From: Candidatus Parcubacteria bacterium
GTDB lineage: Bacteria > Patescibacteriota > Minisyncoccia > Phycocordibacterales > CAIJYI01
NCBI GenBank assembly: GCA_026395595.1
Contig: JAPLYL010000001.1
Location: 6,174-70,173, forward strand
Direction of reading: 5' to 3'
DNA length: 64,000 nucleotides
Shown here: positions 8,252 to 17,353 of the stretch, in pieces
Layout of the letters: each line of letters begins with the position of its first letter
Position numbering within the stretch: position 1 is the first letter of the stretch
Notes under the pieces: generated by a model
Database searches by the model: none
What the model was told of the DNA's origin: nothing
What the model saw: only the letters and a program-made list of their open reading frames with translations
Translations under genes and position numbers: made by a program

Positions 8252-9556
8252 TTATTGCGTTAAAACGCTAAAATCGGCTTGCAGTTTCCCTACCGCATCA
8301 ACGACCGTTGATTTTCCTGAGGAAATGGATTCAACGGTTTGTTGAAAGAGTCCATCAGTGAGTTCCGGACGAAGATCAAACCACGTTTTGCTTATCAGAG
8401 CGGAATCATAAAAGACTTTCATAAAAGGATTAGCGGTTCCTTTTGCTAAAACAGAGCGATTAGGGGATGGGGTTGCCAAGGTAGAAGAAATATACTCGCT
8501 GTATTTTGAAGAAGAAAAGATTTGCGCCGTATACAGAGCCAACGATTTGTTCGGCGAGGTCTTCATGGTTGCCAATCCGCTCACTCTTCCAAAAGCAGAC
8601 CTATTGGCGGAATCGCGCACTTGAGGAACCAAAGCAACATCAAAATTCAAATTCGGGTTTTTTGCCTGAATGGAAGAAATTTCGCTCGCGTAACCGAAAT
8701 ATATCGCCAGCTTCCCCGCTATAAATAAATTCTTTGATTCCGGTAATGAACGATTCCATGAATACGCCATATTGAGAGGGTCTGCAAAATCAGTATAAAA
8801 ACGAAAAACTTCGCTTACTGGCGGAATCCTTTGTTCGTTTGAACCCATGAATACGGGAAGGAAGACGTTTCCCGTTCTGCGTACAACCATCGGGTTGCCG
8901 GTCTGGAGCATAAGCATAGCGAGAATATCTTTTGCATGCGTTACGTTGCGAAATTCTCCAAAGGCCACCGCACTCTGCGAAATCTCTTTTGACTCGCTCT
9001 TTTTGGTTAAGACGGGACTCAACGTAAGAAACTGATCCCAGTATTTCGGAGGTTCAACAATACCGCCACTCGTAAATATGTCTCTATTCCAATACATAAC
9101 CATCGGATCAACAGAAAAAGGCAAAGCAAGAATTCCCTCGCCCGGTTGAATAAATATCTCCCCTGCCTGTATAAACGTATCGCGGAAGGTTCTTTCGGTA
9201 TACATCGCCGGAGTAAAAAGTTCTATTTTGTCGGAAAAACGAACAATCAGATCATTCGGAAGAATAACCATATCCGGCCCCTTCCCTGCCGCCAACGCCT
9301 CAATGATGTTGCTGGCAAAAGTGGCTGAATTTTTGGGGACATAGGTAATGTGAATGTCCGAATAATCCGGTGAAAAATACTGTTGCAGAAACTTATCCAT
9401 GTTCGCTTTCGGCACGGTTCCCCACATCGTCAAATTTCCGGTAATTTTTGCCGTGCTTGATGCTCCTGGTTTCGGAATGATTCCCGCGAAGGAAAACAAA
9501 CCGAGAACAGCCAGGGCTCCAAATACAATAGTGATGATGAGCTGGATATTTTTCAT
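8252..9556 (-). CDS. Extracellular solute-binding protein (sugar ABC-type, family 1), membrane anchored
   Basis: N-terminal TM; LTMWG, AAGKGPD, ALPFSVDPMVMYWNRDIF, PPKYWDQF, FIAGKLAIYFG motifs. Confidence 0.85.
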   Translation of the reverse strand: MKNIQLIITIVFGALAVLGLFSFAGIIPKPGASSTAKITGNLTMWGTVPKANMDKFLQQYFSPDYSDIHITYVPKNSATFASNIIEALAAGKGPDMVILPNDLIVRFSDKIELFTPAMYTERTFRDTFIQAGEIFIQPGEGILALPFSVDPMVMYWNRDIFTSGGIVEPPKYWDQFLTLSPVLTKKSESKEISQSAVAFGEFRNVTHAKDILAMLMLQTGNPMVVRRTGNVFLPVFMGSNEQRIPPVSEVFRFYTDFADPLNMAYSWNRSLPESKNLFIAGKLAIYFGYASEISSIQAKNPNLNFDVALVPQVRDSANRSAFGRVSGLATMKTSPNKSLALYTAQIFSSSKYSEYISSTLATPSPNRSVLAKGTANPFMKVFYDSALISKTWFDLRPELTDGLFQQTVESISSGKSTVVDAVGKLQADFSVLTQ

Positions 9557-9569
9557 AGTATAAAAAGTT

Positions 9570-9610
9570 TTTACAAGGGCGTACCCTTTTACAAGGTACG
9601 CCCTTGTAAA
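9570..9610. repeat. REP-like palindromic doublet (unit acaaggtacgcccttgt), same family as the insert in uvrB
   Basis: tttacaagggcgtacc-N9-ggtacgcccttgtaaa; 9591-9607 is identical to 22924-22940. Confidence 0.8.
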
Positions 9611-9613
9611 TAA

Positions 9614-10144
9614 TTATGTTTTGTGACAAATAAGAATCATACCGTAATGATATTCTCCTGCGGGAGCTTCCTGAAGGAAAACAAAACCTTGTTCTTCAAA
9701 CATGGCGCGAGCAATATCTTGAGAAACGACGGTTTCTTCTTTCGGGCCGACATTACCGAAACTTCCCGCCCAATCAACAAGCAAAAGTTTTCCGCCATTC
9801 TTCAAAACGCGCTTTATTTCCAGAACAGCCGTGTGTTTATCTTCCGTTTGAAAAAGCGTATTGGCAAAGATAACCGCATCAAGCGAAGCCTCTTTTATTT
9901 TTGACCCGCCAATCTCTTCAATGTTTCCCCAAAGAATCTCAACGTTTTTGAGGTGCTCCGCATCTACTTTTTTTATAATCAAAGGAAGCAATTCTCTTTG
10001 TATTTCCACGGCATAAACTTTTCCACTGTGAACATATTTTGTCGCCGCAACGGTAAAAACGCCTGATCCCGCGCCAAAATCGGCAACGAGAGAGTCATCA
10101 AGCAACAAGAGAGGTTTTATCGTTTCTTCAGGATTGAGCATCAT
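9614..10144 (-). CDS. Class I SAM-dependent methyltransferase
   Basis: VADFGAGSG, VYAVEIQ, LKNGGKLLLVDW; start set by TGcTATACT 6 nt upstream. Confidence 0.85.
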   Translation of the reverse strand: MMLNPEETIKPLLLLDDSLVADFGAGSGVFTVAATKYVHSGKVYAVEIQRELLPLIIKKVDAEHLKNVEILWGNIEEIGGSKIKEASLDAVIFANTLFQTEDKHTAVLEIKRVLKNGGKLLLVDWAGSFGNVGPKEETVVSQDIARAMFEEQGFVFLQEAPAGEYHYGMILICHKT

Positions 10145-10200
10145 AAATACAGTATAGCAAAGATGCAAACTCCACGCCAAGAATACTGTGGAAAGCTTGC

Positions 10201-10254
10201 CGGAGAATACACAGGACTACCCTGTGTACACAGGGTAGTCCTGTGTATTCTCCG
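10201..10254. repeat. Perfect 54-bp palindrome with no spacer (REP-like doublet)
   Basis: cggagaatacacaggactaccctgtgt|acacagggtagtcctgtgtattctccg. Confidence 0.9.
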
Positions 10255-10411
10255 CCAGACGTGGGTGACCTAATTTTGACCTAAATTTTAATGACCGAAG
10301 GGAATATAAAATTGGAAATGCTCTTGTGGTAAAAGAAGCGAAGCGACTATTAAAATGAAAATACTCCTATAGTGCTCTGACCCCGGCGGCGGATCGAGTA
10401 AATGTTGAAAC

Positions 10412-11614
10412 CTACATCTTCCCTCTTAATTTTTTGTGATACGCAATCGCGAACCGATGGGCTTCGCTGTTGCCGAGGAGTATTTCTTTTTCGTGCAAAC
10501 GCGCGAGTTTCTGGTCTCCGATAATGTTACGCGGCCGATGATGTTCGTCTTTGACCACGCCGAGAACCGGGATGGTATAGCCATACTTTTCAAGCAACCG
10601 ATCCGCCACATTTTTCTGTGCCAAACCGCCGTCAACGATGATCATTTTCGGAAAAGGCCATTCAGAGTGTTCAAGACGGCGAGATAACATTTCGCCAAGA
10701 TTTTTAGTGTCATTTACTCCTTCTCCTTTTATTTTGAATTTCCGGTATTCGCTTTTCTTCGGTTCGCCATTTTCCACAACCGTCATCACTCCCACCATAA
10801 AAGCCCCGCTTATATGAGCCACATCATAACATTCTATCCTTATTTCACTTGGCGGTTTCACCGTCAAGTGATTATTGCGTTTTAATAAAGAAACATCTTG
10901 AATATGAGAAAGAGCGAAGATCGTTTTTTTCACTTCGTTTGCTTTTTCAAATTCTTCTTTAACGGCAAAAGTTTTCATTTCTCTTTCCAGTTTTCCGATA
11001 AGGCTTTTTTTCTTGCCTTGGAAAAAAAGCGCGATGTTTTTTATATTTTTCGCGTACTCTTTTTTAGATACGGCGCCGGAACAAACGCCTGGACACAGTC
11101 CGATTTGCGCATTAAAACAAGGTTTTCCAGAATTCGGGGTACAAGTATCACGAAAAGAGAAAATCTTTCGCACGATTTTCATCGCTTCTTTTAACTGCCC
11201 GCCGTGAATAAACGGCCCGAAAAAGTAGGCGTACTTTTCAGGTTCCAACACTCTTTCTCTTACGAGAAGAACCCTCGGGTATTCTTCTTTAGTAATAACC
11301 ACATAATTCCAAGTTTTATCGTCTTTGAGGTCGGTATTGTGCTTCGGCTGGTATTTTCTGATAAGTTCCGCTTCCAGAATAAGCGCTTCCAAAACGGAAT
11401 CAGTTTGTTCATAATCCACTTTTACTGCCAAATCCAGCATTTGTGCGATAATAGGTCCGCGAGTCGTCAAAATATCCTTGCTGAAATAGCTCCGAACGCG
11501 GTCGCGCAGAGACGTTGCTTTTCCGATATACAGAATAGTCCCGCGGGTATCCTTAAAAAAATACACGCCAGGTGTATCGGGTAATTTCTTGATCTGTTCC
11601 GTTAAGGTTGACAT
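10412..11614 (-). CDS. uvrC: Excinuclease UvrC-like protein (GIY-YIG + UVR + RNase H-like; no C-terminal HhH)
   Basis: LPDTPGVYFF..YIGKATSLRDRVRSYF, RIECYDVAHISG, IIVDGGLAQ, EAHRFAIAYH; start MSTLTEQIKKLP. Confidence 0.9.
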   Translation of the reverse strand: MSTLTEQIKKLPDTPGVYFFKDTRGTILYIGKATSLRDRVRSYFSKDILTTRGPIIAQMLDLAVKVDYEQTDSVLEALILEAELIRKYQPKHNTDLKDDKTWNYVVITKEEYPRVLLVRERVLEPEKYAYFFGPFIHGGQLKEAMKIVRKIFSFRDTCTPNSGKPCFNAQIGLCPGVCSGAVSKKEYAKNIKNIALFFQGKKKSLIGKLEREMKTFAVKEEFEKANEVKKTIFALSHIQDVSLLKRNNHLTVKPPSEIRIECYDVAHISGAFMVGVMTVVENGEPKKSEYRKFKIKGEGVNDTKNLGEMLSRRLEHSEWPFPKMIIVDGGLAQKNVADRLLEKYGYTIPVLGVVKDEHHRPRNIIGDQKLARLHEKEILLGNSEAHRFAIAYHKKLRGKM

Positions 11615-11681
11615 TTTAGTATTACCGTGATAGTATACAACCAGATTTGATTTTTTACAACCCCAACAAAAGAGAGACATC

Positions 11682-11960
11682 ATGTCAGTAGTAAACAAAA
11701 AACTTCGCCTTTCAAACGAAAAGGCAACAAAAGAAACCATTCATTATCTAAATGAAAAACTCAGAATTGCACACCTTGTCAACAAAGAAAAAACAAATGC
11801 CGTTGATAAGATAGTGTCAACACTTATAATTGCGATATTAAATGATCTGTTAGTTGGAATTCATGTCTTAACGAAAACACAAGAAGCGGATCATTACGAA
11901 ATCATCCACAATAATTATGTAAATGCGCTTGCCGCCGAATTCCCTGATTTAGTCTTGTAG
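11682..11960 (+). CDS. Hypothetical protein
   Basis: 92-aa ORF, GAGAG RBS-like sequence, hairpin terminator at about 11968-12003. Confidence 0.6.
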   Translation: MSVVNKKLRLSNEKATKETIHYLNEKLRIAHLVNKEKTNAVDKIVSTLIIAILNDLLVGIHVLTKTQEADHYEIIHNNYVNALAAEFPDLVL

Positions 11961-12013
11961 GAGACACGAGCCCGTTCTGCATTTTCGCAGAGCGGGCTTT
12001 TTTACATTGATAA

Positions 12014-12169
12014 TTCTAGAACCTGAATCCGAAAACCCAATTTTTCCGCACAAAACCCAGTTCGTCATCCCGTGCAGGGACACGGGATCCACGTAAGAGG
12101 TGTTAACGACGTGGATACCGGGTCAAGCCCGGTATGACGACGGGTAGTTTTCAGATTCACAGTCTAGAA
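12014..12169. mobile_element. MITE-like element: 23-bp imperfect terminal inverted repeats containing CTAG, enclosing a GTCAT-type REP doublet (12063-12139)
   Basis: Left ttctagaacctgaatccgaaaac vs reverse complement of right ttctagactgtgaatctgaaaac (19/23). Confidence 0.55.
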
Positions 12170-12255
12170 ACTTGACAAAAACTGTTAATTGTTATAAGAT
12201 ATACACAGTAATACACTTTGTATCTTTACAACATTATTTTGAAAAGGAATTGCAC

Positions 12256-12627
12256 ATGAGGGGAGAAACCGGAATATACGATAATCCAACGGGGGTGTTG
12301 CTATTGACTCACCTGCCGTCTCCACAACCAAAAGTAAAAATAGACAAAGCAAAATTGCTCTATAGCGTCGCAATAATGCATAAAATGGCGATAGCTGATA
12401 AAGCAGAAAGAAAAAATGCAAAATATCTCGAACGTCAAGCGTTCAATCCAAGCGGAAAAGACACAGAAACCCGCTCGCAAATACAAATGATTGTGTCCAA
12501 CGATATCGTTTATTGGATAACCTCTTTGGAAGCAGCAAAAAAGGCCGCAAGAGAAGCCTGCGAAAAGGATCTCGGAAATTTGAAATATCTCAAGTTCCTC
12601 GCTGAACTTGAAGAAATAATCATCTGA
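12256..12627 (+). CDS. Hypothetical protein
   Basis: Promoter TTGACA(12172)-17nt-TAAGAT, RBS AAGGA, ATG 12256; terminator at about 12685-12710. Confidence 0.65.
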   Translation: MRGETGIYDNPTGVLLLTHLPSPQPKVKIDKAKLLYSVAIMHKMAIADKAERKNAKYLERQAFNPSGKDTETRSQIQMIVSNDIVYWITSLEAAKKAAREACEKDLGNLKYLKFLAELEEIII

Positions 12628-12810
12628 ATAGTTCTAAATTTAAGTAAAACAAAAACTTTTAACCCTTTTCATTAACAAACAAACAAAGGCCCGATTATTT
12701 CGGGCCTTTTAATTTTATCTTATTAACAAAAAAGAATTAAGAAAAAAGCAACAAGCAAAATGAAGTCATCCTTTTTGCTTTTTTCTTATTGCTTTTTGCT
12801 TCAGCTAAAT

Positions 12811-13215
12811 CTAAAGTCCTTTGCAGTTCGCAGCAGGTGAGTACCCTGAGTTTTCAGCCTCTACTTTGGTATCAAACCAAATTCGGTTTTGTTTGGAAAT
12901 ACGGTTTGAGGAGGAACAGGTCGGGAGATAGTATTTTGTACCATTTTTTGAGGCGACATAGGTTCCTGAAGTTTTGACGGGTAAGGCTTTCGGTGTTGTG
13001 GTTGCAAAAATCCCCAAAAAGGCGCTCGCTTCCTGTCCTTTTGGAAATTCTATGTCTATATTTTTGTTTACGGTTTCCAGACCTGATAGTCTTCCCAGTC
13101 CAAAAGAGATAAGAGCCGTTAAAATCACAAGAATCGTCAAAAACGTGTTTTTTTCCAAAAGTCCATCAAAGTCCAAATACCCCTTGATTTTTTCCCGTAT
13201 TTCTTCTATACTCAT
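12811..13215 (-). CDS. Membrane-anchored protein with C-terminal Ada-type Zn-binding domain
   Basis: TM (LISFGLGRLS); YVASKNGTKYYLPTC...ISKQNRIWF...AENSGYSPAANC. Confidence 0.8.
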   Translation of the reverse strand: MSIEEIREKIKGYLDFDGLLEKNTFLTILVILTALISFGLGRLSGLETVNKNIDIEFPKGQEASAFLGIFATTTPKALPVKTSGTYVASKNGTKYYLPTCSSSNRISKQNRIWFDTKVEAENSGYSPAANCKGL

Positions 13216-13292
13216 AGTCACTGTATGGTAACACGTTTTTGATGGCGTTTCCATGCCTTTATACCACTAATAATCCATTATAATACAATACC

Positions 13293-13631
13293 ATGGCACA
13301 TAAGAAAGCAGGCGGATCCGCAAAGAACCTTACGGATTCAAAACCAAAGTACCTCGGAACGAAGCTCTACGCCGGACAGAAAGCGCAGGCTGGTTCCATT
13401 ATCGTTAGACAAAGAGGAACGGTCATCATGCCGGGAAAAAATGTCGGACTCGGAAGAGACCACACTCTTTACGCTCTCAAAGCAGGAGTAGTGAGTTTCG
13501 GTTCAAAAAGAAAAACGAATTTCAACGGAAAAGTAGCCGTCAAGAAAATCGCTCATGTTACTCTGAAAGAAGAGAAGGTAGCAAAGACAGCAAAGAAAAC
13601 TCCAGTCAAAAAGACAGTGAAAACAAAGTAA
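13293..13631 (+). CDS. rpmA: 50S ribosomal protein L27 with Lys-rich C-terminal tail
   Basis: [12 protein letters not shown]...LG.K; [10 protein letters not shown]; GRDHTLYAL. Confidence 0.97.
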   Translation: MAHKKAGGSAKNLTDSKPKYLGTKLYAGQKAQAGSIIVRQRGTVIMPGKNVGLGRDHTLYALKAGVVSFGSKRKTNFNGKVAVKKIAHVTLKEEKVAKTAKKTPVKKTVKTK

Positions 13632-13635
13632 TCTT

Positions 13636-13661
13636 AAAAAACACCCGAGCGGGTGTTTTTT
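13636..13661. terminator. Bidirectional terminator between rpmA and rplI
   Basis: aaaaaacacccg-ag-cgggtgtttttt. Confidence 0.75.
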
Positions 13662-13701
13662 CATGCTTTTTTCTTTTTTCTTGTTGCTTTCCCTCTTCGT
13701 C

Positions 13702-14148
13702 TTATTCCCCTGCCTCAACCACCAATGTAAACTTCCCTTTCATGTCTCCGACTATCACAGGAATTCCATGTTCGCCGATTTCTTTGACCGGCTTTTCAAT
13801 ATCAAGGTATTCGGCGGGCATTTCAATGCCAGCTTGTTCTCTTAATTTCTCGGAAATTTCTTCTTTATGAATAGCGGCAAAGAGCTTTCCTTCTTCGTTT
13901 GCTTTGCCTTTTATAGTAATAACCGTTTCGCTAAGTGTTTTCATGCTTTTGTGAAGAAGAGCCTGATCTACCTTTTTCATTTCGGCTTCTGTGGTCTTAA
14001 ACTTTTCAACCATTTTTTCCGTATTTTTACCGGCTACTTCGGCAAGTTTCTTCGGAAACAGGAAGTTCTGCGCATATCCGTCGGAAACTTCTTTGACATC
14101 GTATTTTTTGCCCATTTTCGGGACATCTTTGAGAAAGAGAACTTTCAT
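13702..14148 (-). CDS. rplI: 50S ribosomal protein L9
   Basis: [35 protein letters not shown]; GKLF; PVKEIGEH. Confidence 0.97.
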   Translation of the reverse strand: MKVLFLKDVPKMGKKYDVKEVSDGYAQNFLFPKKLAEVAGKNTEKMVEKFKTTEAEMKKVDQALLHKSMKTLSETVITIKGKANEEGKLFAAIHKEEISEKLREQAGIEMPAEYLDIEKPVKEIGEHGIPVIVGDMKGKFTLVVEAGE

Positions 14149-14213
14149 AGTGTTTTTTGATTATTTCTTAATGTCGTTTCATTCTACACAAAACCTCTTA
14201 AAAAGCAAAGAAA

Positions 14214-15446
14214 TTACTTCCAAGCGTTAAGGATGGAAACCGCCTTTTCCAGTTGACGATCTTTCTTGTTGTTGATATCTTCCTGCGTCACCTTCACTTC
14301 ATATTGAGGCATAATTCCTTTATCGGAAATGGAATTGCCGTTCGGTGTAAGCCACTGCGCTACCGTAACTTTCAAAAAGGTATTTCCGGGAAGCGGGACT
14401 AATTCTTGTACACACCCCTTGCCAAAAGTTTTACTTCCCACCAGTTTTGCTTTTCCGTGTTCGGAAAGCGCCCCGGCAAATATCTCCGAAGCAGAAGCGG
14501 ATCCTCCGTCTACGAGAATGACAAAGCGCAGATTATCGGTAAATATGTCATATCCGCGGCTACGGTGAGCCAATCCGGGCCCTTTATCGCCATAATCTTC
14601 TTTCACAATCAAAGAACCCGCAGGGAGAAACCAACTCGCCATATCAACAGCGGCATCCAAATAACCGCCGGGATTTCCACGAAGATCCAGCAAGAGTTTA
14701 TTGTGATTGGGATTATTATCAGCAAAAGCGACAAATTCACGCAAAGCATTACGGAAAAGCGTCGGGGAAGTCTCCGTGAAGCTAAAAAGTCGTATGACAA
14801 AGATACCGTCATCTCTCTCTTCGGTTTCAATGGTCGGAACTTCAATGTTCCCGCGAACAACAGAAACGACAATCGGTTCTTTTGCGTCTTCGCGAAGCAG
14901 TGTTAATTTTACCGTAGACCCTCCCTTTCCTCGGATAAGTTTTACCGCTTCTTCAGGACTCATTTCTGCCGAGACTTTGTCGTCTATTTTTAATATCTTA
15001 TCCCCGGGGAGAATGCCCGCTTTTTTAGCTGGAGAACCCTTTAAAGGAGAAACAACCGTTAAGACTTTTTGGCGCGTGCCAATCTCCATTCCAACTCCTT
15101 CAAAGCTTCCCGCGATATCTCCGGCAAAGACAGAAGCTTCACTCGGCGGCATGAAAAAAGTATAAGGGTCGTCATAGGAAGCAGCGAGTCCTTGAATAGC
15201 GCCGTAAACTTTTTGTTGATTGGTGGTTGAGGCGGAATATATATATTTCTCGTTCAAAATATCCCATGCCTGCCAAAAAGTGGAAAAATCCGCAAGTACC
15301 AAATTTTTCGGATCTTTATTAGACACCTCTGCTACTTTTCCTGCAGAAGGGCCAAGATGAAGTCCGATAAAAATCCCCAGAAAAACCGACGCTCCGACAG
15401 TAAGAAGCGCCGAAAGCGAAAAAATTATTTTTGTTTTGCGTGTCAT
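14214..15446 (-). CDS. Carboxyl-terminal processing protease (S41, PDZ)
   Basis: FEGVGMEI PDZ, LDLRGNPGGYL, SASASEIFAGAL, TFGKG. Confidence 0.95.
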   Translation of the reverse strand: MTRKTKIIFSLSALLTVGASVFLGIFIGLHLGPSAGKVAEVSNKDPKNLVLADFSTFWQAWDILNEKYIYSASTTNQQKVYGAIQGLAASYDDPYTFFMPPSEASVFAGDIAGSFEGVGMEIGTRQKVLTVVSPLKGSPAKKAGILPGDKILKIDDKVSAEMSPEEAVKLIRGKGGSTVKLTLLREDAKEPIVVSVVRGNIEVPTIETEERDDGIFVIRLFSFTETSPTLFRNALREFVAFADNNPNHNKLLLDLRGNPGGYLDAAVDMASWFLPAGSLIVKEDYGDKGPGLAHRSRGYDIFTDNLRFVILVDGGSASASEIFAGALSEHGKAKLVGSKTFGKGCVQELVPLPGNTFLKVTVAQWLTPNGNSISDKGIMPQYEVKVTQEDINNKKDRQLEKAVSILNAWK

Positions 15447-15515
15447 TGCAGTAAATTATCTCAAAAATATCGTTTCCGGTCAACCGAACTTCAGGGATAA
15501 CTTTCCGTCAAAAGC

Positions 15516-15654
15516 AACTGCTCACACCAATATCGTCATTGCGGGCTTGACCCGCAATCCACGGCTAAACGACGTGGATTCTGATTTTCATCAGAATGAC
15601 GACGAACGAGTTATTGCGTTTTTTCCGGTTAAAAAATAAGTGGTATGAGCAGTT
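15516..15654. mobile_element. GTCAT-type REP doublet (15534-15601) inside 14-bp imperfect inverted repeats
   Basis: aactgctcacacca / tggtatgagcagtt (13/14); ccgtcaaaa lies just outside both ends (15505-15513, 15656-15664). Confidence 0.55.
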
Positions 15655-15792
15655 ACCGTCAAAAAACTGGACAGAAATAAATTCACGTGATGCTGTTTGA
15701 ACAGCCATATTCCATGGCTCTTTGAAATCCACGGGTGGAAAGCGTGACGCTTTTCATCTTTCAATACGGCGTGACGCCGAGGGATAACACCA

Positions 15793-16379
15793 ATGAAAAC
15801 ACAGCTAGATATTATGCAAGAACAACAGCATCATGGTCACGGAACAGCGACAATGCCACAGACAAAGATTGATGCTTTTTTGGAGGAATTTCCGCTTGTT
15901 CGCCATTACTTAAAAGATGCTCCGATAAAACAAGTGTATGTTTCCAAAATTGAGCCGGCACTTCTTGGCTATTCCCCAAGATTAGTGAACATCGCTCCTT
16001 TTTGGAAAATCCGTCCCGATTGGCAAGAAGAGCAAATTATCTTTTTTGACGAAGGCGGAAACGCTCTCCATGAGATAAAACTGGGGGTTAAAAAGAGGGT
16101 TCACTTAAATGTATGAATGAGGAACTTGCCGAAAGAATCGTTTACCTTCTCTCATACTTCAAATACACGGAAACAGCGATTATTTACAAAACACAAAAAG
16201 GATATTCCGTTCCTGAATGGATAAAAGCGCAAATAGAAAGAGAACGTCTCCAATTTAAAAAAGAAGTGGAAGCCATTGACCGCGAAGGAGAGGACGTAAG
16301 ACAAGGAAAACCTCTAAAACCGGAATTTCCAAAAAGCCGAACTTTTAAAGAAGGTGAATGCCCGAGAAAAACGGAATAA
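15793..16379 (+). pseudogene. Hypothetical protein split into two ORFs (15793-16116, 16113-16379); probable frameshift, or a coupled gene pair
   Basis: ATGA overlap; second frame is open from 16092, so one extra A in the A5 run (16090-16094) fuses them. Confidence 0.45.
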
Positions 16380-16438
16380 AAAATAGAATTCCATGCCCCG
16401 CAATTGCGGGGCATTTTTCTGTGATGTATAATAGTGAA

Positions 16439-17353
16439 ATGATAAACAGATACCATCACAAAGATCTTACGTGGGTTGACGTTGAATCGCCGACCAAAGA
16501 AGAAATTGCTTCTCTCGCTCAAGAATTTCATATTCTTCCGGCGCAGGAAGGAGAACTTCTCTACCCTTCCGTTCGGCCAAAAATAGATACACACAAAGAG
16601 TCTCTTTATCTTATTCTTCATTTTCCCGCGTTCCGGCACTCTCACGGAAAAGACGCACTCCAAGAAGTTGATTTTATCATAGGAACCGGTTTTCTTATTA
16701 CCGTTCACTACGATACGATAGACGCCTTGCATAAATTCGCAAAAGAGTTTGAAGTAACTTCCCTTTTGGATAAACATGATATCGGCGACCACGCTGGATT
16801 CCTCTTTTTCTATATCGTCAAAAAACTCTATCATTCGCTTGAACACGAATTGGAAAGTCTGGAAGCGCGTCTCGGTGCCGCAGAATCCATGATCTTCAAA
16901 GGAAAAGAGGACGAAATGGTCGTCGTTCTTTCCCGAATAAATCGCGACCTTTTGGATTTCAAACAAGCCGTCCGTCCGCACGCGGAAATACTCAAAACGT
17001 TTGAAACCTCCGCATCAAAATTCTTCGGCGAGGAATTTTCATTCTATGTCCGTTCCATATTCGGGGAATATTCCAAAGTCACAAACATTCTGGAAAGTCA
17101 TAAAGAAATGCTCGTAGATCTCCGCGAAACGAACGACTCTCTTCTTACCACCAAAACGAGCATCATCATGAAGCGCCTTACTTTTGTCAGCTTCGCGACG
17201 TTCCCGCCAATGCTCATTGCCGGCATCTTCGGCATGAATGCGCAACATATGCCAATCATCGGGGGTGTGTTTGATTTTTGGCAAGTCCTCGGTATAATGT
17301 TCGGGACGGCAACGATTATCGTTTCGTTTTTCTTCTATAAAAAATGGCTGTAA
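16439..17353 (+). CDS. corA: CorA-family Mg/Co transporter
   Basis: LTWVDVESPT; C-terminal IAGIFGMN signature and two TM helices. Confidence 0.93.
   Translation: MINRYHHKDLTWVDVESPTKEEIASLAQEFHILPAQEGELLYPSVRPKIDTHKESLYLILHFPAFRHSHGKDALQEVDFIIGTGFLITVHYDTIDALHKFAKEFEVTSLLDKHDIGDHAGFLFFYIVKKLYHSLEHELESLEARLGAAESMIFKGKEDEMVVVLSRINRDLLDFKQAVRPHAEILKTFETSASKFFGEEFSFYVRSIFGEYSKVTNILESHKEMLVDLRETNDSLLTTKTSIIMKRLTFVSFATFPPMLIAGIFGMNAQHMPIIGGVFDFWQVLGIMFGTATIIVSFFFYKKWL

Noticed and set aside
15738-15779. Guanidine-II (mini-ykkC) riboswitch
   Set aside because: The twin hairpins lack the ACGR tetraloops and the downstream gene is not a recognisable exporter.
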